A stretch of 64,000 nt of DNA from Dehalococcoidia bacterium (GTDB lineage Bacteria > Chloroflexota > Dehalococcoidia > Lucifugimonadales > UBA3495): NCBI GenBank assembly GCA_965216065.1, contig CBDCFB010000002.1, positions 960,756 to 1,024,755 of the forward strand, read 5' to 3'. Below the pieces are notes generated by a model, which saw only the letters and a list, made by a program, of their open reading frames with translations, ran no database searches and was not told where the DNA came from. This document shows positions 39,858 to 49,274 of this stretch, piece by piece (position 1 is the stretch's first letter; every line of letters starts with the position of its first letter). The translations under genes were made by a program, and so were the position numbers.

Positions 39858-41411
39858 CTACTGGGACTTGAGTGCCCTTCCGGGCAGCGCGCCAGTATGG
39901 GCCCCGTCTTCGATTACGAGTCGGCCGTTGACCAGCACGTGGGAGATGCCGTCGGGGTACTGCTTTGGCTCTTCGAAGGTTGCGTTGGCGCGGATCGTGT
40001 CGGGATTGAACACAACCACGTCGGCCTTCATTCCGTCGCGCAAAATTCCCCGGTCCTGCAGGTTGAGGCGCTGGGCCGGGGCCGAGGTCATCTTGCGCAC
40101 GGCGTCCTCCAGCCGGAACAACCCCTCCTCCCGGGAGAACTGGCCCAGGACGTAGGGGAAGGTGCCGTAGGTGCGGGGGTTGGGCATGTCGCCAGTCATG
40201 ATGCCGTCGGAGCCCACCATCTGAGCCGGGTGCCGAACGATGGTGCGGATGTTGTCGGGATTGCCGGTGCGGGCCACGAATGCGACCTCCAGGTTCTCCT
40301 CGATCAGGAAGTCGCATATAGCATCCACCATCCGCTTGCCCTGGTGGCGGGCCAGGTCTCCAAGGGAACGGCCCTCCCATTCCTTGTTATTGGGTACGTT
40401 GCTGAAGATGTAATGGTCCAGGGTCAGTCCCCACATGGGCTCCACCGCGTCGCCGATTTCGTCGCGCACCGACTGCTGGCGAATTCGGTTCATCAGGGCG
40501 ACTGGGCCCCCGTCGTGCACCCAGTAGGGCAGCAGCGAGTGGAGGACGGTAGACGCTGCGGCGTAGGGATACTGGTCGAAGGTCACATCCACGCCTGAGT
40601 TGCGGCCCTCGTCCACCAACCCCACCATCTGCTCTCCCATGCCGTCGACGGGGTTGTGGTAGTGGGAGATGTGCACGGGGACACCGGCGCGGCGCCCGAT
40701 CTCAATGGCTTCCCGGAAGGGGTCCAGCAGCCTGTCGCCCAGCAAATACCGGGCGTGGGTCATGTAGATGCCGCCGAGGTCGGCGACGGCCTGGCTGACG
40801 GCGACCAACTCGTTGGTGTCGCTGTAGGCACCCGGAGGGTAGGTCAGGCCGGTGGCGAAGCCGAAGGCGCCATCCAGCATGGCCTGCCGGGCCAGTTCCC
40901 TCATGCGCGCCAGTTCGGGTTCGGTGGGCAGGCGGTCGTCCCAACCCATGGCTTCCACCCGGATGGCGGCATGGGGGGCCATGAACGCGACATTGCACGC
41001 GACCCTTCCGTCGAACAGGTCCAGGTATTCCCGCACCGTACCCCAGCGCATATCGGCCGGGGGCATGCCGTTCACCGCCGCTAGGTAGTACAGCAACTGC
41101 TCCAGCTTTTCCGGAGAGGATGGCGCATAGGAGAGCCCGTCCATGCCCATGAGCTCGGTCGTAACGCCCTGCCTCAGCTTGATTTCGTGCCGGGGATTGG
41201 AGAGCAGCACCAGGTCGGAGTGGGAGTGCATGTCGATGAATCCGGGGCAAATTACGCTTTCTCCGACGTCAATAGTTCTGGCGGCCTCAACGCCATCTTC
41301 ACCGGACCGGACGATGGTCACCTCGTCTCCGGTGATGCCGACGCCTCCCCGGAACCAGGTCTGCCCAGTGCCGTCGATAATGCGGCCATTGCGCAGGAAG
41401 AGATTAAACAT
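39858..41411 (-). CDS. N-acyl-D-amino-acid deacylase (D-aminoacylase) family amidohydrolase
   Basis: MFNLFLRNGRIIDGTGQTWFRGGVGITGDEV...CPGFIDMHSHSD. ATG 41411 is preferred, because the upstream ORF extension has no support. Confidence 0.85.
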   Translation of the reverse strand: MFNLFLRNGRIIDGTGQTWFRGGVGITGDEVTIVRSGEDGVEAARTIDVGESVICPGFIDMHSHSDLVLLSNPRHEIKLRQGVTTELMGMDGLSYAPSSPEKLEQLLYYLAAVNGMPPADMRWGTVREYLDLFDGRVACNVAFMAPHAAIRVEAMGWDDRLPTEPELARMRELARQAMLDGAFGFATGLTYPPGAYSDTNELVAVSQAVADLGGIYMTHARYLLGDRLLDPFREAIEIGRRAGVPVHISHYHNPVDGMGEQMVGLVDEGRNSGVDVTFDQYPYAAASTVLHSLLPYWVHDGGPVALMNRIRQQSVRDEIGDAVEPMWGLTLDHYIFSNVPNNKEWEGRSLGDLARHQGKRMVDAICDFLIEENLEVAFVARTGNPDNIRTIVRHPAQMVGSDGIMTGDMPNPRTYGTFPYVLGQFSREEGLFRLEDAVRKMTSAPAQRLNLQDRGILRDGMKADVVVFNPDTIRANATFEEPKQYPDGISHVLVNGRLVIEDGAHTGALPGRALKSQ

Positions 41412-41756
41412 GGAAGCCTCCAAATAAGTGACAGTAACGCTGTTCCGTAGGCTAACACAGGGGGTAAACGGGAGGGGTAAAAGTATGTACATTGGCAAGA
41501 TCACATGCACATTTTCGTTCGTACAATGTGAATTCAAGGTGAATTCGTGATGTCAGGAAGATAGGTCCGATTTCACCCCCTCAAGTCTAAAAAGGGTATA
41601 TCATTGGCCGCATCGCTGTAAGATAGTTGGCGAACTTCCCAGGCCAGCCCTGGTGCCTGACCCCCAGGGTGCCGAGTTATTGCAGGACCTGGAAGCGTGT
41701 ATTCCTCTGATTCTTGGCAACGACCCAAACCGACAGCAAAAGTGGAGTGACCTGGC

Positions 41757-42509
41757 ATGCTGAACCGCTTTCGGGATTTCGTCAAACGCCTCGAGTTGCC
41801 GCAGGAAGAGGAAGTTGTGTACCGGATAATCGACAACAACCTCAACACGCTGGAGGTAACGGCGGCGCAGTACGCCATTTGGCGCACGCGAAACGATGTT
41901 ACCCGCAGGGCAGTTGTCGGCCAAGATACCGTCGAAGACGTTATGGTCAGGACGACGTTTTCGATTATGCCCGAGAACAGGGCTTACAAGCCCTACGGCA
42001 CGTCAGCGTATGCGCTGCCCCTCTACGACCCCCTGCTTGAATACTTCCAAAGATATGATACCTGGACAGAGGCGGAGAACGGGCACCGGGATATCCTGGA
42101 GCTTATCAGTCATAAGGCGGACGAAGCCAGAGCAGATGAGGAGATCTCGCAGGCCTTTGCCGGAACTGCCGCCGAAGTTCGAGAGACCCTTTCGGCCCAG
42201 TTACCGGACCTGTTTTCGGTCAGGCGCACCGATGACCTGGCAGTGATTCGGACTCCGTTGCTTCGGCCCGACGGCTCGCCGGTTGAAGTGGCTGTGGGAA
42301 CGGCCGGCAGCGGCTACGAATTGACAGAGTATGGAAGTGCACAATCGGGGCCGGAGACTCTGCGGGGCAGTGCTCTACTAGAGGCCCTGGGCGTCGCAAC
42401 AGTTGACGGTCTGCTGATCTGCACGATTGATGATGTCGGTCAGCTGAGCGATGGGTTGCTCAGAGTGGCGCAAGCGATTTCCAGTGTGGCTTTGACAGCT
42501 TCAGAGTAG
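41757..42509 (+). CDS. Hypothetical protein, C-terminal half DUF1828-like
   Basis: 250-aa orphan between divergent metabolic genes. The segment AVIRTPLLRPDGSPVEVAVGTAGSGYELTEYG resembles the DUF1828 pattern as I recall it. Confidence 0.5.
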   Translation: MLNRFRDFVKRLELPQEEEVVYRIIDNNLNTLEVTAAQYAIWRTRNDVTRRAVVGQDTVEDVMVRTTFSIMPENRAYKPYGTSAYALPLYDPLLEYFQRYDTWTEAENGHRDILELISHKADEARADEEISQAFAGTAAEVRETLSAQLPDLFSVRRTDDLAVIRTPLLRPDGSPVEVAVGTAGSGYELTEYGSAQSGPETLRGSALLEALGVATVDGLLICTIDDVGQLSDGLLRVAQAISSVALTASE

Positions 42510-42834
42510 TATTCCCGACTTCCTCATCCTCCCGGAAAGTAGCGCGGTCAGTTGCTCTGGTAGTCCGCTCACCTGGCCGAGCGCATTCGCACCATGGCTC
42601 TTCCAATTTTTCCGGCCAATCTTCCGGCATCCCTGATGCGACTTGCCACCTGAAAAAGGGAATGTCGACGCCAGGTACGGCAAATCCGTTCGCGGATTGA
42701 ACACTGCGATCGTGGATGCCGGCTGGCCCCGAAGAGCAGGAAAGTTGGAGGGCTCCTGAGATACTTTTCAGTGCTTGCCAGCCGCCCCATCTATCTCTAT
42801 TATTGGCCCACCGCGTCCCTCTTGGAGTAGGGTT

Positions 42835-43242
42835 ATGTCGACCATTTCCATTGATCACATTGCGATGCCCACTGCCAATGCCGAGCGCCTGATCCACTTT
42901 TACAGGAAGCTGGGATTTACCATCAACGACGAGGCGGAATGGCGTGCCGGCACGGCCAACATCTTTTCCATTCAGGTTGGCGATTCAAAGATTAACGTGC
43001 ATCCAGAAGGATATGTGGCCGGCCTGCGGGGGCCCACGGCGGTACCAGGGTGCACAGACATCTGTTTCGTCTGGGAAGGAACTGTCGAGGAATGCCAGGA
43101 GTGGCTGGGAGAGGCGGGTGTTGAAGTGATCCAGGGGCCCGTCCCCCGGAAAGGGGCCCGGGGATCCGGGCACCTGCCTTCGAGGAGCCTGTATGCCCGG
43201 GATCCGGACGACAACCTGCTGGAGTGGATGGTCTATCTCTAG
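42835..43242 (+). CDS. VOC/glyoxalase-family protein
   Basis: MSTISIDHIAMPTANAERLIHFYRKLGF...ARDPDDNLLEW. Confidence 0.75.
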   Translation: MSTISIDHIAMPTANAERLIHFYRKLGFTINDEAEWRAGTANIFSIQVGDSKINVHPEGYVAGLRGPTAVPGCTDICFVWEGTVEECQEWLGEAGVEVIQGPVPRKGARGSGHLPSRSLYARDPDDNLLEWMVYL

Positions 43243-43494
43243 GTGAGGCTTCTACTTAGAAACTGTCTCAAAATACAAACAAAGGGTAGCCGAGAATCCG
43301 CTGGACTTCAAAGTGGGCCACTGGATTCCTGCTTTCGCAGGAATGACGTACTTTCGCAGGAATGAGGGAGTGGGTGCTGCCTCCATTTTGAGATAGTTAC
43401 TTAGCCTCCGTTCTCTGAGAACACAATCGCGTAGATGAGGACGCAGGATTCAGGAACAAGACGCAGGTTACGCTAAATCAAAGGCAGGTGGCCC

Positions 43495-45168
43495 ATGGCA
43501 TTGATGACCGGCAAGGATGCTCTGGTGAGGATGCTGATCGCGGAGGGAGTGGATCACATCTTCGGGAACCCGGGCACCAGTGAGACCCCAATGATGGATG
43601 CCCTGCAGGACTTCCCCCAGGTCAAGTACATTCAGGCCCTGCAGGAAGGCACTGCCGTCGGCATGGCAGATGGCTACGCCCGTGCCACCGGCCGCCCCGC
43701 CTTCGCCAACATCCACATCGCCGGTGGTCTGGCCAACGGCATCAGCGCCCTCTACAACGCCTACCGCGGCGGAACGCCGGTCGTACTGACTGCGGGCAAC
43801 TCCGACACCCGCATGCTGCTCAGCGAGCCGACGCTGTCGGGTGACCTGGTTCAGATGACCCGTCAGTACACCAAGTGGAGCCACGAGATCCATCACGCCG
43901 CCGACATACCCGCGGCGGTCAGGCGGGCCTTCAACGAGGCCAAGACCCCTCCCACCGGACCTGCTTTCCTCTCGTTCCCTTGGGACACCATGGACGTGCA
44001 GGCGGATGTCGACATCGTCGGGTCCAGCACCGGGTACCATCGCATACGGCCTGATCGAGATGCGCTGGAGCGGGCTTCCGCCTTGCTGGCCCAGGCCGAG
44101 AATCCGGTGATCATCATTGGCGACCGGATCGCGCAGTCGGGTGGGGTGGAGCAGATGGTGCAGGTGGCGGAACGCCTGGGGGCCAGGGTCTTCGCTGCTT
44201 CGTTTTCGGAGGTCAACTTCCCGACCAGCCACCCGCTGTGGGCGGGGATGCTGAACACCAGCAGCCCGGCAACTCGACGGCTGCTCTCGGGGGCAGACGT
44301 GGCCCTCGCGGTGGGCGCCAACGTCTTCTCGTCGTTCCTGTATGTGGACGTGCCCTTGCTTGACCCCACCACCAAGCTGGTGCACCTAGACAGTGCCACC
44401 AGCGAAGTGGAGAAGAATTACCCCACTGAGATCGGAGTCTTCTCGGACCCGGCCACGGGCCTGGCCGAGCTGGCAGACGCTCTTGACCAGGACATGTCGG
44501 CTTCGTCCAAGGAGGCTGCCGCCACCCGCATGGCGGAGTTCGGCGAACGCCGCCGGAGGGCGAGGGAAGAATACCAGCAGCGGCTGAAGGACAGGTGGGA
44601 CAACAGCCCGATGGCAGCGGAGCGGATGATGCACGAGCTGGCCTCGGCGGCGCCTCCTGGAACGATCGTGGCCGACGAGGCGGTCACTTCAAGGCCGGCG
44701 ATGATGCAGGAGTTCAGCTTCGACGAGCCGGGCACTTTCTTCGGCATCCAGGGCGGAGCGCTGGGCTGGGCGATGCCCGGAGCGCTGGGACTGAAGCTGG
44801 CGAAGCCCGACCGGCCAGTACTGGCAGTGGTGGGTGACGGGGCCTCTATGTACACGGTGCAGGCGCTGTGGACGGCAGCGACCTTCAACATTCCGGTTGT
44901 CTACGCCATCTGCAATAACCGCGCCTATCGAATCCTCAAAGTGAACATGGACATCTACCTCAAGAAGATCCTGGACGACGAAGGCCGGGTGAGCGAGTAC
45001 ACCGGGATGGATTTCGCCAACCCGCTTGACCTGGCGGCAGTTGCCCGCGGCCTCGGCGTGGACAGCGAGAAGATCGAGGACCCCGCCCAGATAGCTCCGG
45101 CAGCACGGCGCATGTTCGAGAGCGGGAAACCAGGGCTGCTGGACATCAGCATCGACGGGTCGCTGTAA
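43495..45168 (+). CDS. Thiamine-diphosphate-dependent enzyme (benzoylformate decarboxylase / acetolactate synthase-like)
   Basis: GKDALVRMLIAEGVDHIFGNPGTSE. TPP motif GDGASMYTVQALWTAATFNIPVVYAICNN. Confidence 0.88.
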   Translation: MALMTGKDALVRMLIAEGVDHIFGNPGTSETPMMDALQDFPQVKYIQALQEGTAVGMADGYARATGRPAFANIHIAGGLANGISALYNAYRGGTPVVLTAGNSDTRMLLSEPTLSGDLVQMTRQYTKWSHEIHHAADIPAAVRRAFNEAKTPPTGPAFLSFPWDTMDVQADVDIVGSSTGYHRIRPDRDALERASALLAQAENPVIIIGDRIAQSGGVEQMVQVAERLGARVFAASFSEVNFPTSHPLWAGMLNTSSPATRRLLSGADVALAVGANVFSSFLYVDVPLLDPTTKLVHLDSATSEVEKNYPTEIGVFSDPATGLAELADALDQDMSASSKEAAATRMAEFGERRRRAREEYQQRLKDRWDNSPMAAERMMHELASAAPPGTIVADEAVTSRPAMMQEFSFDEPGTFFGIQGGALGWAMPGALGLKLAKPDRPVLAVVGDGASMYTVQALWTAATFNIPVVYAICNNRAYRILKVNMDIYLKKILDDEGRVSEYTGMDFANPLDLAAVARGLGVDSEKIEDPAQIAPAARRMFESGKPGLLDISIDGSL

Positions 45169-45388
45169 CCACCTCCCCGAAGGGCCTCGGGGGCGAGGTC
45201 CGGACCCCCTCTGCCGGGACTGGGGAATTGGGGCTATTCACCATCTCGGCAACGGTATCGTTTCCCGGTTTATGTCACGCCATGGGTATCAGAATCGAGA
45301 GGGAAATTGTGGGGATTGCGTGTCCGGATGATAGTCATGGGTATCAGGAATTTCACAATTCTCTCACCATTTTTTAATATTATGTCGT

Positions 45389-45418
45389 TTGACAAATACG
45401 AATTATTTAACATATCCT
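45389..45418 (+). promoter_or_regulatory. Candidate sigma70-type promoter in the AT-rich region upstream of the tubulin-like operon
   Basis: TTGACA (45389-45394), 18-nt spacer, TATCCT (45413-45418). Two direct copies of CATGGGTATCAG(A/G)AAT lie upstream (about 45281 and 45335). Confidence 0.3.
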
Positions 45419-45461
45419 AAATCAATGGAATGATGGGGTTTTCTGTGCCCTAGGAGCCGCA

Positions 45462-46496
45462 ATGGTAACATCATCAACCGACACGGGGATGATGCGACTC
45501 AGCGCCAACAGCAGCGTGCAGCGCATCGTATCCCCCTCAATGGTAATAGGGCTGGGCTCTACCAGCTGCCAGATCGTACGCAAACTTGAGGCGAACTCTG
45601 AGAACTGGAGCTTTGCCGACCGCAAAAACCTTGCATTTCTCTATATGGATACCCGTGAAGCAACCCGCGGAGAAATTTCCCGGGGGGCTCGCTTCATCCC
45701 GTTGGTATTGCCGCACTTCTCCAACCTGCGCGATATGCGTCCCTGGATCACGGAGTGTGTGCCGGAGCTTAAATTCCTCAGCCTGTCGCGCGAGGGTGCG
45801 TTGGGTACCCTTGCCAACGCCGGGGTGGCTGGCCGCTTCAACTACAGCGACATCCGGGGCCACCTGGATTCCACGATAGAGCAGATCTGTCCCTACTACG
45901 AAGGTATCACCTACCTGCGAATACACATCGTAGCCTTCCTGGGCGGGGGCACGGTGGGTGCGCTGCCGGTGCTGTTGGCGGCGCTGTCCGAGGTGAGGGG
46001 CACCGCCTACAACTTCAGCGTGGTGCTTCACCTGCTGCTTCCGCAACGGGGCATGTCCCGAGACCCTGAGAACACCTATCCTCTGCAGCTGCGGAACGCC
46101 TACGCCATACTGCAGTTCCTGCGCTCCATCACCGGAGTGGAGGTGGGACGAGGCGAATATACGGGAAGCGACACCTTCACCCTAACCGTCTATCCCGACA
46201 AGAGAATCGAGGCCATCGGTCCCCACTTCGACGTGTGTCTGTTGCACAGATCGCCCAAGGACTCACTGCCGGTGCAACGGAACCATGTCGCCCGCGTGCT
46301 GGAGGACCTGGTGGCCGACGCCTGGGGGACCGGACAGGACTGGTGGGCGCGTTTCCACGAGACCATGCGAGAGGCAAACAGCCAGGAAGACGCGCGATTC
46401 GGGTCGATCAGTTCCCGGGAGATCGGGCTGCTGGACGGCTTCTTCACCCAGACGGCGAAGCAGTATCTCCAGAACCAGTGGCGCAGCAGGCTGTAG
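45462..46496 (+). CDS. Divergent tubulin/FtsZ-superfamily protein (Tubulin_2-like) with degenerate nucleotide-binding motifs
   Basis: AGGAG RBS. VIGLGSTSCQIV (T1-like, canonical GLGGTG), EGALGTLANAGVAGRF (GAG...GR-like), IVAFLGGGTVGALP (tubulin signature GGGTGSG-like), RNAYAILQFL (ANAYAAL-like block of Tubulin_2 proteins). Confidence 0.6.
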   Translation: MVTSSTDTGMMRLSANSSVQRIVSPSMVIGLGSTSCQIVRKLEANSENWSFADRKNLAFLYMDTREATRGEISRGARFIPLVLPHFSNLRDMRPWITECVPELKFLSLSREGALGTLANAGVAGRFNYSDIRGHLDSTIEQICPYYEGITYLRIHIVAFLGGGTVGALPVLLAALSEVRGTAYNFSVVLHLLLPQRGMSRDPENTYPLQLRNAYAILQFLRSITGVEVGRGEYTGSDTFTLTVYPDKRIEAIGPHFDVCLLHRSPKDSLPVQRNHVARVLEDLVADAWGTGQDWWARFHETMREANSQEDARFGSISSREIGLLDGFFTQTAKQYLQNQWRSRL

Positions 46497-46511
46497 AAGA
46501 GGGGAGGTAAC

Positions 46512-48059
46512 ATGGCACGTTTCAAGATACGCAGAAACCGACCGTCCTTCAGCGAAATGAACAGCATCCTGCCGTCGCCGGTGGACGCGCTGGCCTTCAT
46601 TCAGAACCAGGGCCGCGGCGGATCCGGGGGCGCCAGAGATGCTTACAACCAGTTGATGGGGGCATTCCACGATACGCTTGCCGACGTGGAGCGCGCGCTA
46701 AGTTCCATCTTTGAGAGGTTGCGCCCCGAAGGGAATGTCAGCGACCGCATGGCAATGGAAGCCAACAGCGATGTGCGAACGGAACTGGCCAGAGCCAATA
46801 CGCTGGCCGACGTCCAGCGCAATGAACTACAGTCCGGGATATCCTTCCGTCTTCAGGCAATGTTCCTTCAGAACCTGATCATGACCCCGGACCAGGACCC
46901 GCCGGTGCGGCGCTGGGCGTCCCTGGCGGACAGGGTCGTACAACGGGACATGCCCATTGTCTCAGAGCCCGCTCACAGCGAGCTGGACGTGAACCCCAAC
47001 GAGCGCCGCAAGAGGCTGATGCGTTGGCAGATGGAGACGGACGAGTGGCTGGAGACCCTGTGTCTCAACCGGGTGGGTGAGGTCATCGCTCACCTGCTGG
47101 AAGAAATCGGCGATTATTCTTCTTCATGGACCGATACAGTCAATCAGTTGCGCCGGGAGTCGGTGGGTGGCGGGCGGCTGTTCCGAGAAGTAACCGACCC
47201 CGAATACTGGACCTTCGACAACGACGACCCCACGGTGAAGAACCTGGTGACAGGGGTACAGGCCCAGAATATTGCGGCCCGCATCCTCAATCGCTTCCAG
47301 CTCAGCAACATGGAGCTCATGGACATCTGCCAGTCAGTGCACCAGTCGCTTGGCGGCAAGCCGGTATACGGCTCTGAGCGGGTGGATATACTGGAGTTGG
47401 AGAACCTTCTGGCGGAGGCCACGGCTGTCAAGATCAAAGATACCGTTGCCATAGATGACGGCTTCCTGTCGCTGATATCCACGGGCTCCCGTTCCGGTGA
47501 GGAACTGGGCGAGTTGCTGGTGGAGATGCGCTTAGGCGCCGCGGCGATGGAAGAGAAGATGTGGAGGGTCGGAGAATTTCGGCTGGGCCACGTGGACTCT
47601 GCTTCCGGCGTCGGCATCACTTCCCAGGCCCTGCACGACTCGGTCATGCGCGGGCTGGGCGGCGGGCGCAAGTTTGCCGCCGTCGAGGGACACCCCAACA
47701 ACAACCACCGGTTCGAAGTGCAGATGTCGACCGTAGGCGCCTCCCTTTCCGATCTGGCTATCTTCCGGGACATGGTAAATGCCTGGTACTCGTGGCACTT
47801 CGAGGAACGCCGGGGAGAAAACGGGAACCGCAACGCCCGGATGGAAGCGGTCAGAAAGGAGTCCTGGAAGCTCTACCCGGACATCGGGCAGAACTCAGGC
47901 GTCCGCCCGGCAGTCATCGAGCTGATCGACGACGACCTTCGGCAGGTCTGGAACACCTCCGGAGATGTGGCTCTGCGCCTCGCCTATGGGCACCTCGAGG
48001 AGACCGATGCGGAGTTGATTCACACTCCGGAAAACGGAAGGGCTAGGCTCTCCAGCTAG
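46512..48059 (+). CDS. Hypothetical 515-aa partner protein of the tubulin-like gene (largely helical, unknown family)
   Basis: GGGGAGG RBS, 15 nt after the upstream stop. No family recognised. May correspond to the long C-terminal region of single-chain Tubulin_2 proteins. Confidence 0.6.
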   Translation: MARFKIRRNRPSFSEMNSILPSPVDALAFIQNQGRGGSGGARDAYNQLMGAFHDTLADVERALSSIFERLRPEGNVSDRMAMEANSDVRTELARANTLADVQRNELQSGISFRLQAMFLQNLIMTPDQDPPVRRWASLADRVVQRDMPIVSEPAHSELDVNPNERRKRLMRWQMETDEWLETLCLNRVGEVIAHLLEEIGDYSSSWTDTVNQLRRESVGGGRLFREVTDPEYWTFDNDDPTVKNLVTGVQAQNIAARILNRFQLSNMELMDICQSVHQSLGGKPVYGSERVDILELENLLAEATAVKIKDTVAIDDGFLSLISTGSRSGEELGELLVEMRLGAAAMEEKMWRVGEFRLGHVDSASGVGITSQALHDSVMRGLGGGRKFAAVEGHPNNNHRFEVQMSTVGASLSDLAIFRDMVNAWYSWHFEERRGENGNRNARMEAVRKESWKLYPDIGQNSGVRPAVIELIDDDLRQVWNTSGDVALRLAYGHLEETDAELIHTPENGRARLSS

Positions 48060-48087
48060 CGTTCACCCCTCACAAATCGGGAAAAGT

Positions 48088-48126
48088 CGCGCCGCCTGTT
48101 TTCCAGCAGGCGGCGCGGTTTATTTT
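48088..48126 (+). terminator. Rho-independent terminator of the two-gene operon
   Basis: CGCGCCGCCTG / CAGGCGGCGCG perfect 11-bp stem with 8-nt loop, then GTTTATTTT. Confidence 0.75.
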
Positions 48127-48181
48127 GTCCAAGGTCGGGGCTAAGATTTAGCAGATCCAAGGTCAAGCGGACGGAGGCAAG

Positions 48182-48997
48182 ATGCAGCGACCAAGATTCA
48201 GGCTCGAAGGAAAGGTGGCCATCGTTACCGGAGCGGGGTCCAGTGGCCCTGGGGTCGGTACCGGCAAGGCTACAGCCACCCTGTTCGCCCGCGAAGGCGC
48301 TAAGGTGCTGCTGGTGGACCTCTCCCTGCGTCAGGCCGAGGAAACGCTCTCTGCAATTCGCGAGGAGGGCGGCGAGGCTTCGGTCTTTGAGGGCGACGTC
48401 ACCAGTTCCGCGGACTGCCGCGCCATGGTCGACGCAGCGGTGGGGCAATTTGGCGGACTCAACATCCTCTTCAACAATGTGGGAATCCTGGGCCAGGGCA
48501 GCGTGGTTGATGTGGATGAAGACCACTGGGACCATGTTCTTAATGTCAACCTGAAGTCGATGGTGCTGACCAGCAAGTACGCCATTCCCCGAATGATCGA
48601 GGGCGGGGGAGGCTCCATCATCAACATCTCATCCATAGCTGGCCTGCGCGCGGGAAGCACCGGAGCGGCCGTGCCCTACGCCGCCTCAAAGTCCGGCATC
48701 ATAGGGCTCACTTCGACCATGGCGGTGACTCACGGGCGCGACAACATCCGCGTAAACTGCATCGCTCCTGGCCACATCTACACGCCGATGGTGGCGGGAA
48801 TTATGCCCGACGAAACCCGAGAATTGCGTCGCCGGGCCGGGCCGCTGGGCACGGAGGGCGATGCCTGGGACATTGCCTGGGCGGCAGTGTTCCTGGCCAG
48901 CGACGAGTCGCGCTGGGTGTCGGGCATCGTCATGCCGGTGGACGCGGGCCTGCTGGCTACCACGCCCCTGGCCATGCTCAACCACCTGCGCGATTAG
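48182..48997 (+). CDS. Short-chain dehydrogenase/reductase (SDR) family oxidoreductase
   Basis: VAIVTGAGSSGPGVGTGKA cofactor motif, NNVG, and the S...YAASK catalytic triad region. Confidence 0.88.
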   Translation: MQRPRFRLEGKVAIVTGAGSSGPGVGTGKATATLFAREGAKVLLVDLSLRQAEETLSAIREEGGEASVFEGDVTSSADCRAMVDAAVGQFGGLNILFNNVGILGQGSVVDVDEDHWDHVLNVNLKSMVLTSKYAIPRMIEGGGGSIINISSIAGLRAGSTGAAVPYAASKSGIIGLTSTMAVTHGRDNIRVNCIAPGHIYTPMVAGIMPDETRELRRRAGPLGTEGDAWDIAWAAVFLASDESRWVSGIVMPVDAGLLATTPLAMLNHLRD

Positions 48998-49056
48998 GGG
49001 CTAAAGAGCCAGAGGAAGACAATGCCGCAGCGGTAATTCACTGTCTGTTGGCCCAC

Positions 49057-49085
49057 CTAGGGGCGGGTTTCAAACCCGCCCCTAG
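49057..49085. repeat. REP family C palindrome
   Basis: CTAGGGGCGGGTTTCAAACCCGCCCCTAG. Confidence 0.7.
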
Positions 49086-49274
49086 GTCTTGCACGCTTGG
49101 TTGACTGGCAATGGGCTATCGGATATGTGTAACAACCGGCCCCCACCACAAAATGGTGGTCCAGTGTGGTAGTTGACGTTCCATGGGGCGCCCTCACCCT
49201 AGCCATCTCCCGGAGGGAGAGGGGATATGTTCTGCGTCATCTTTGAGCGTTGCTCTGGCCTGATGATGAAGTGG

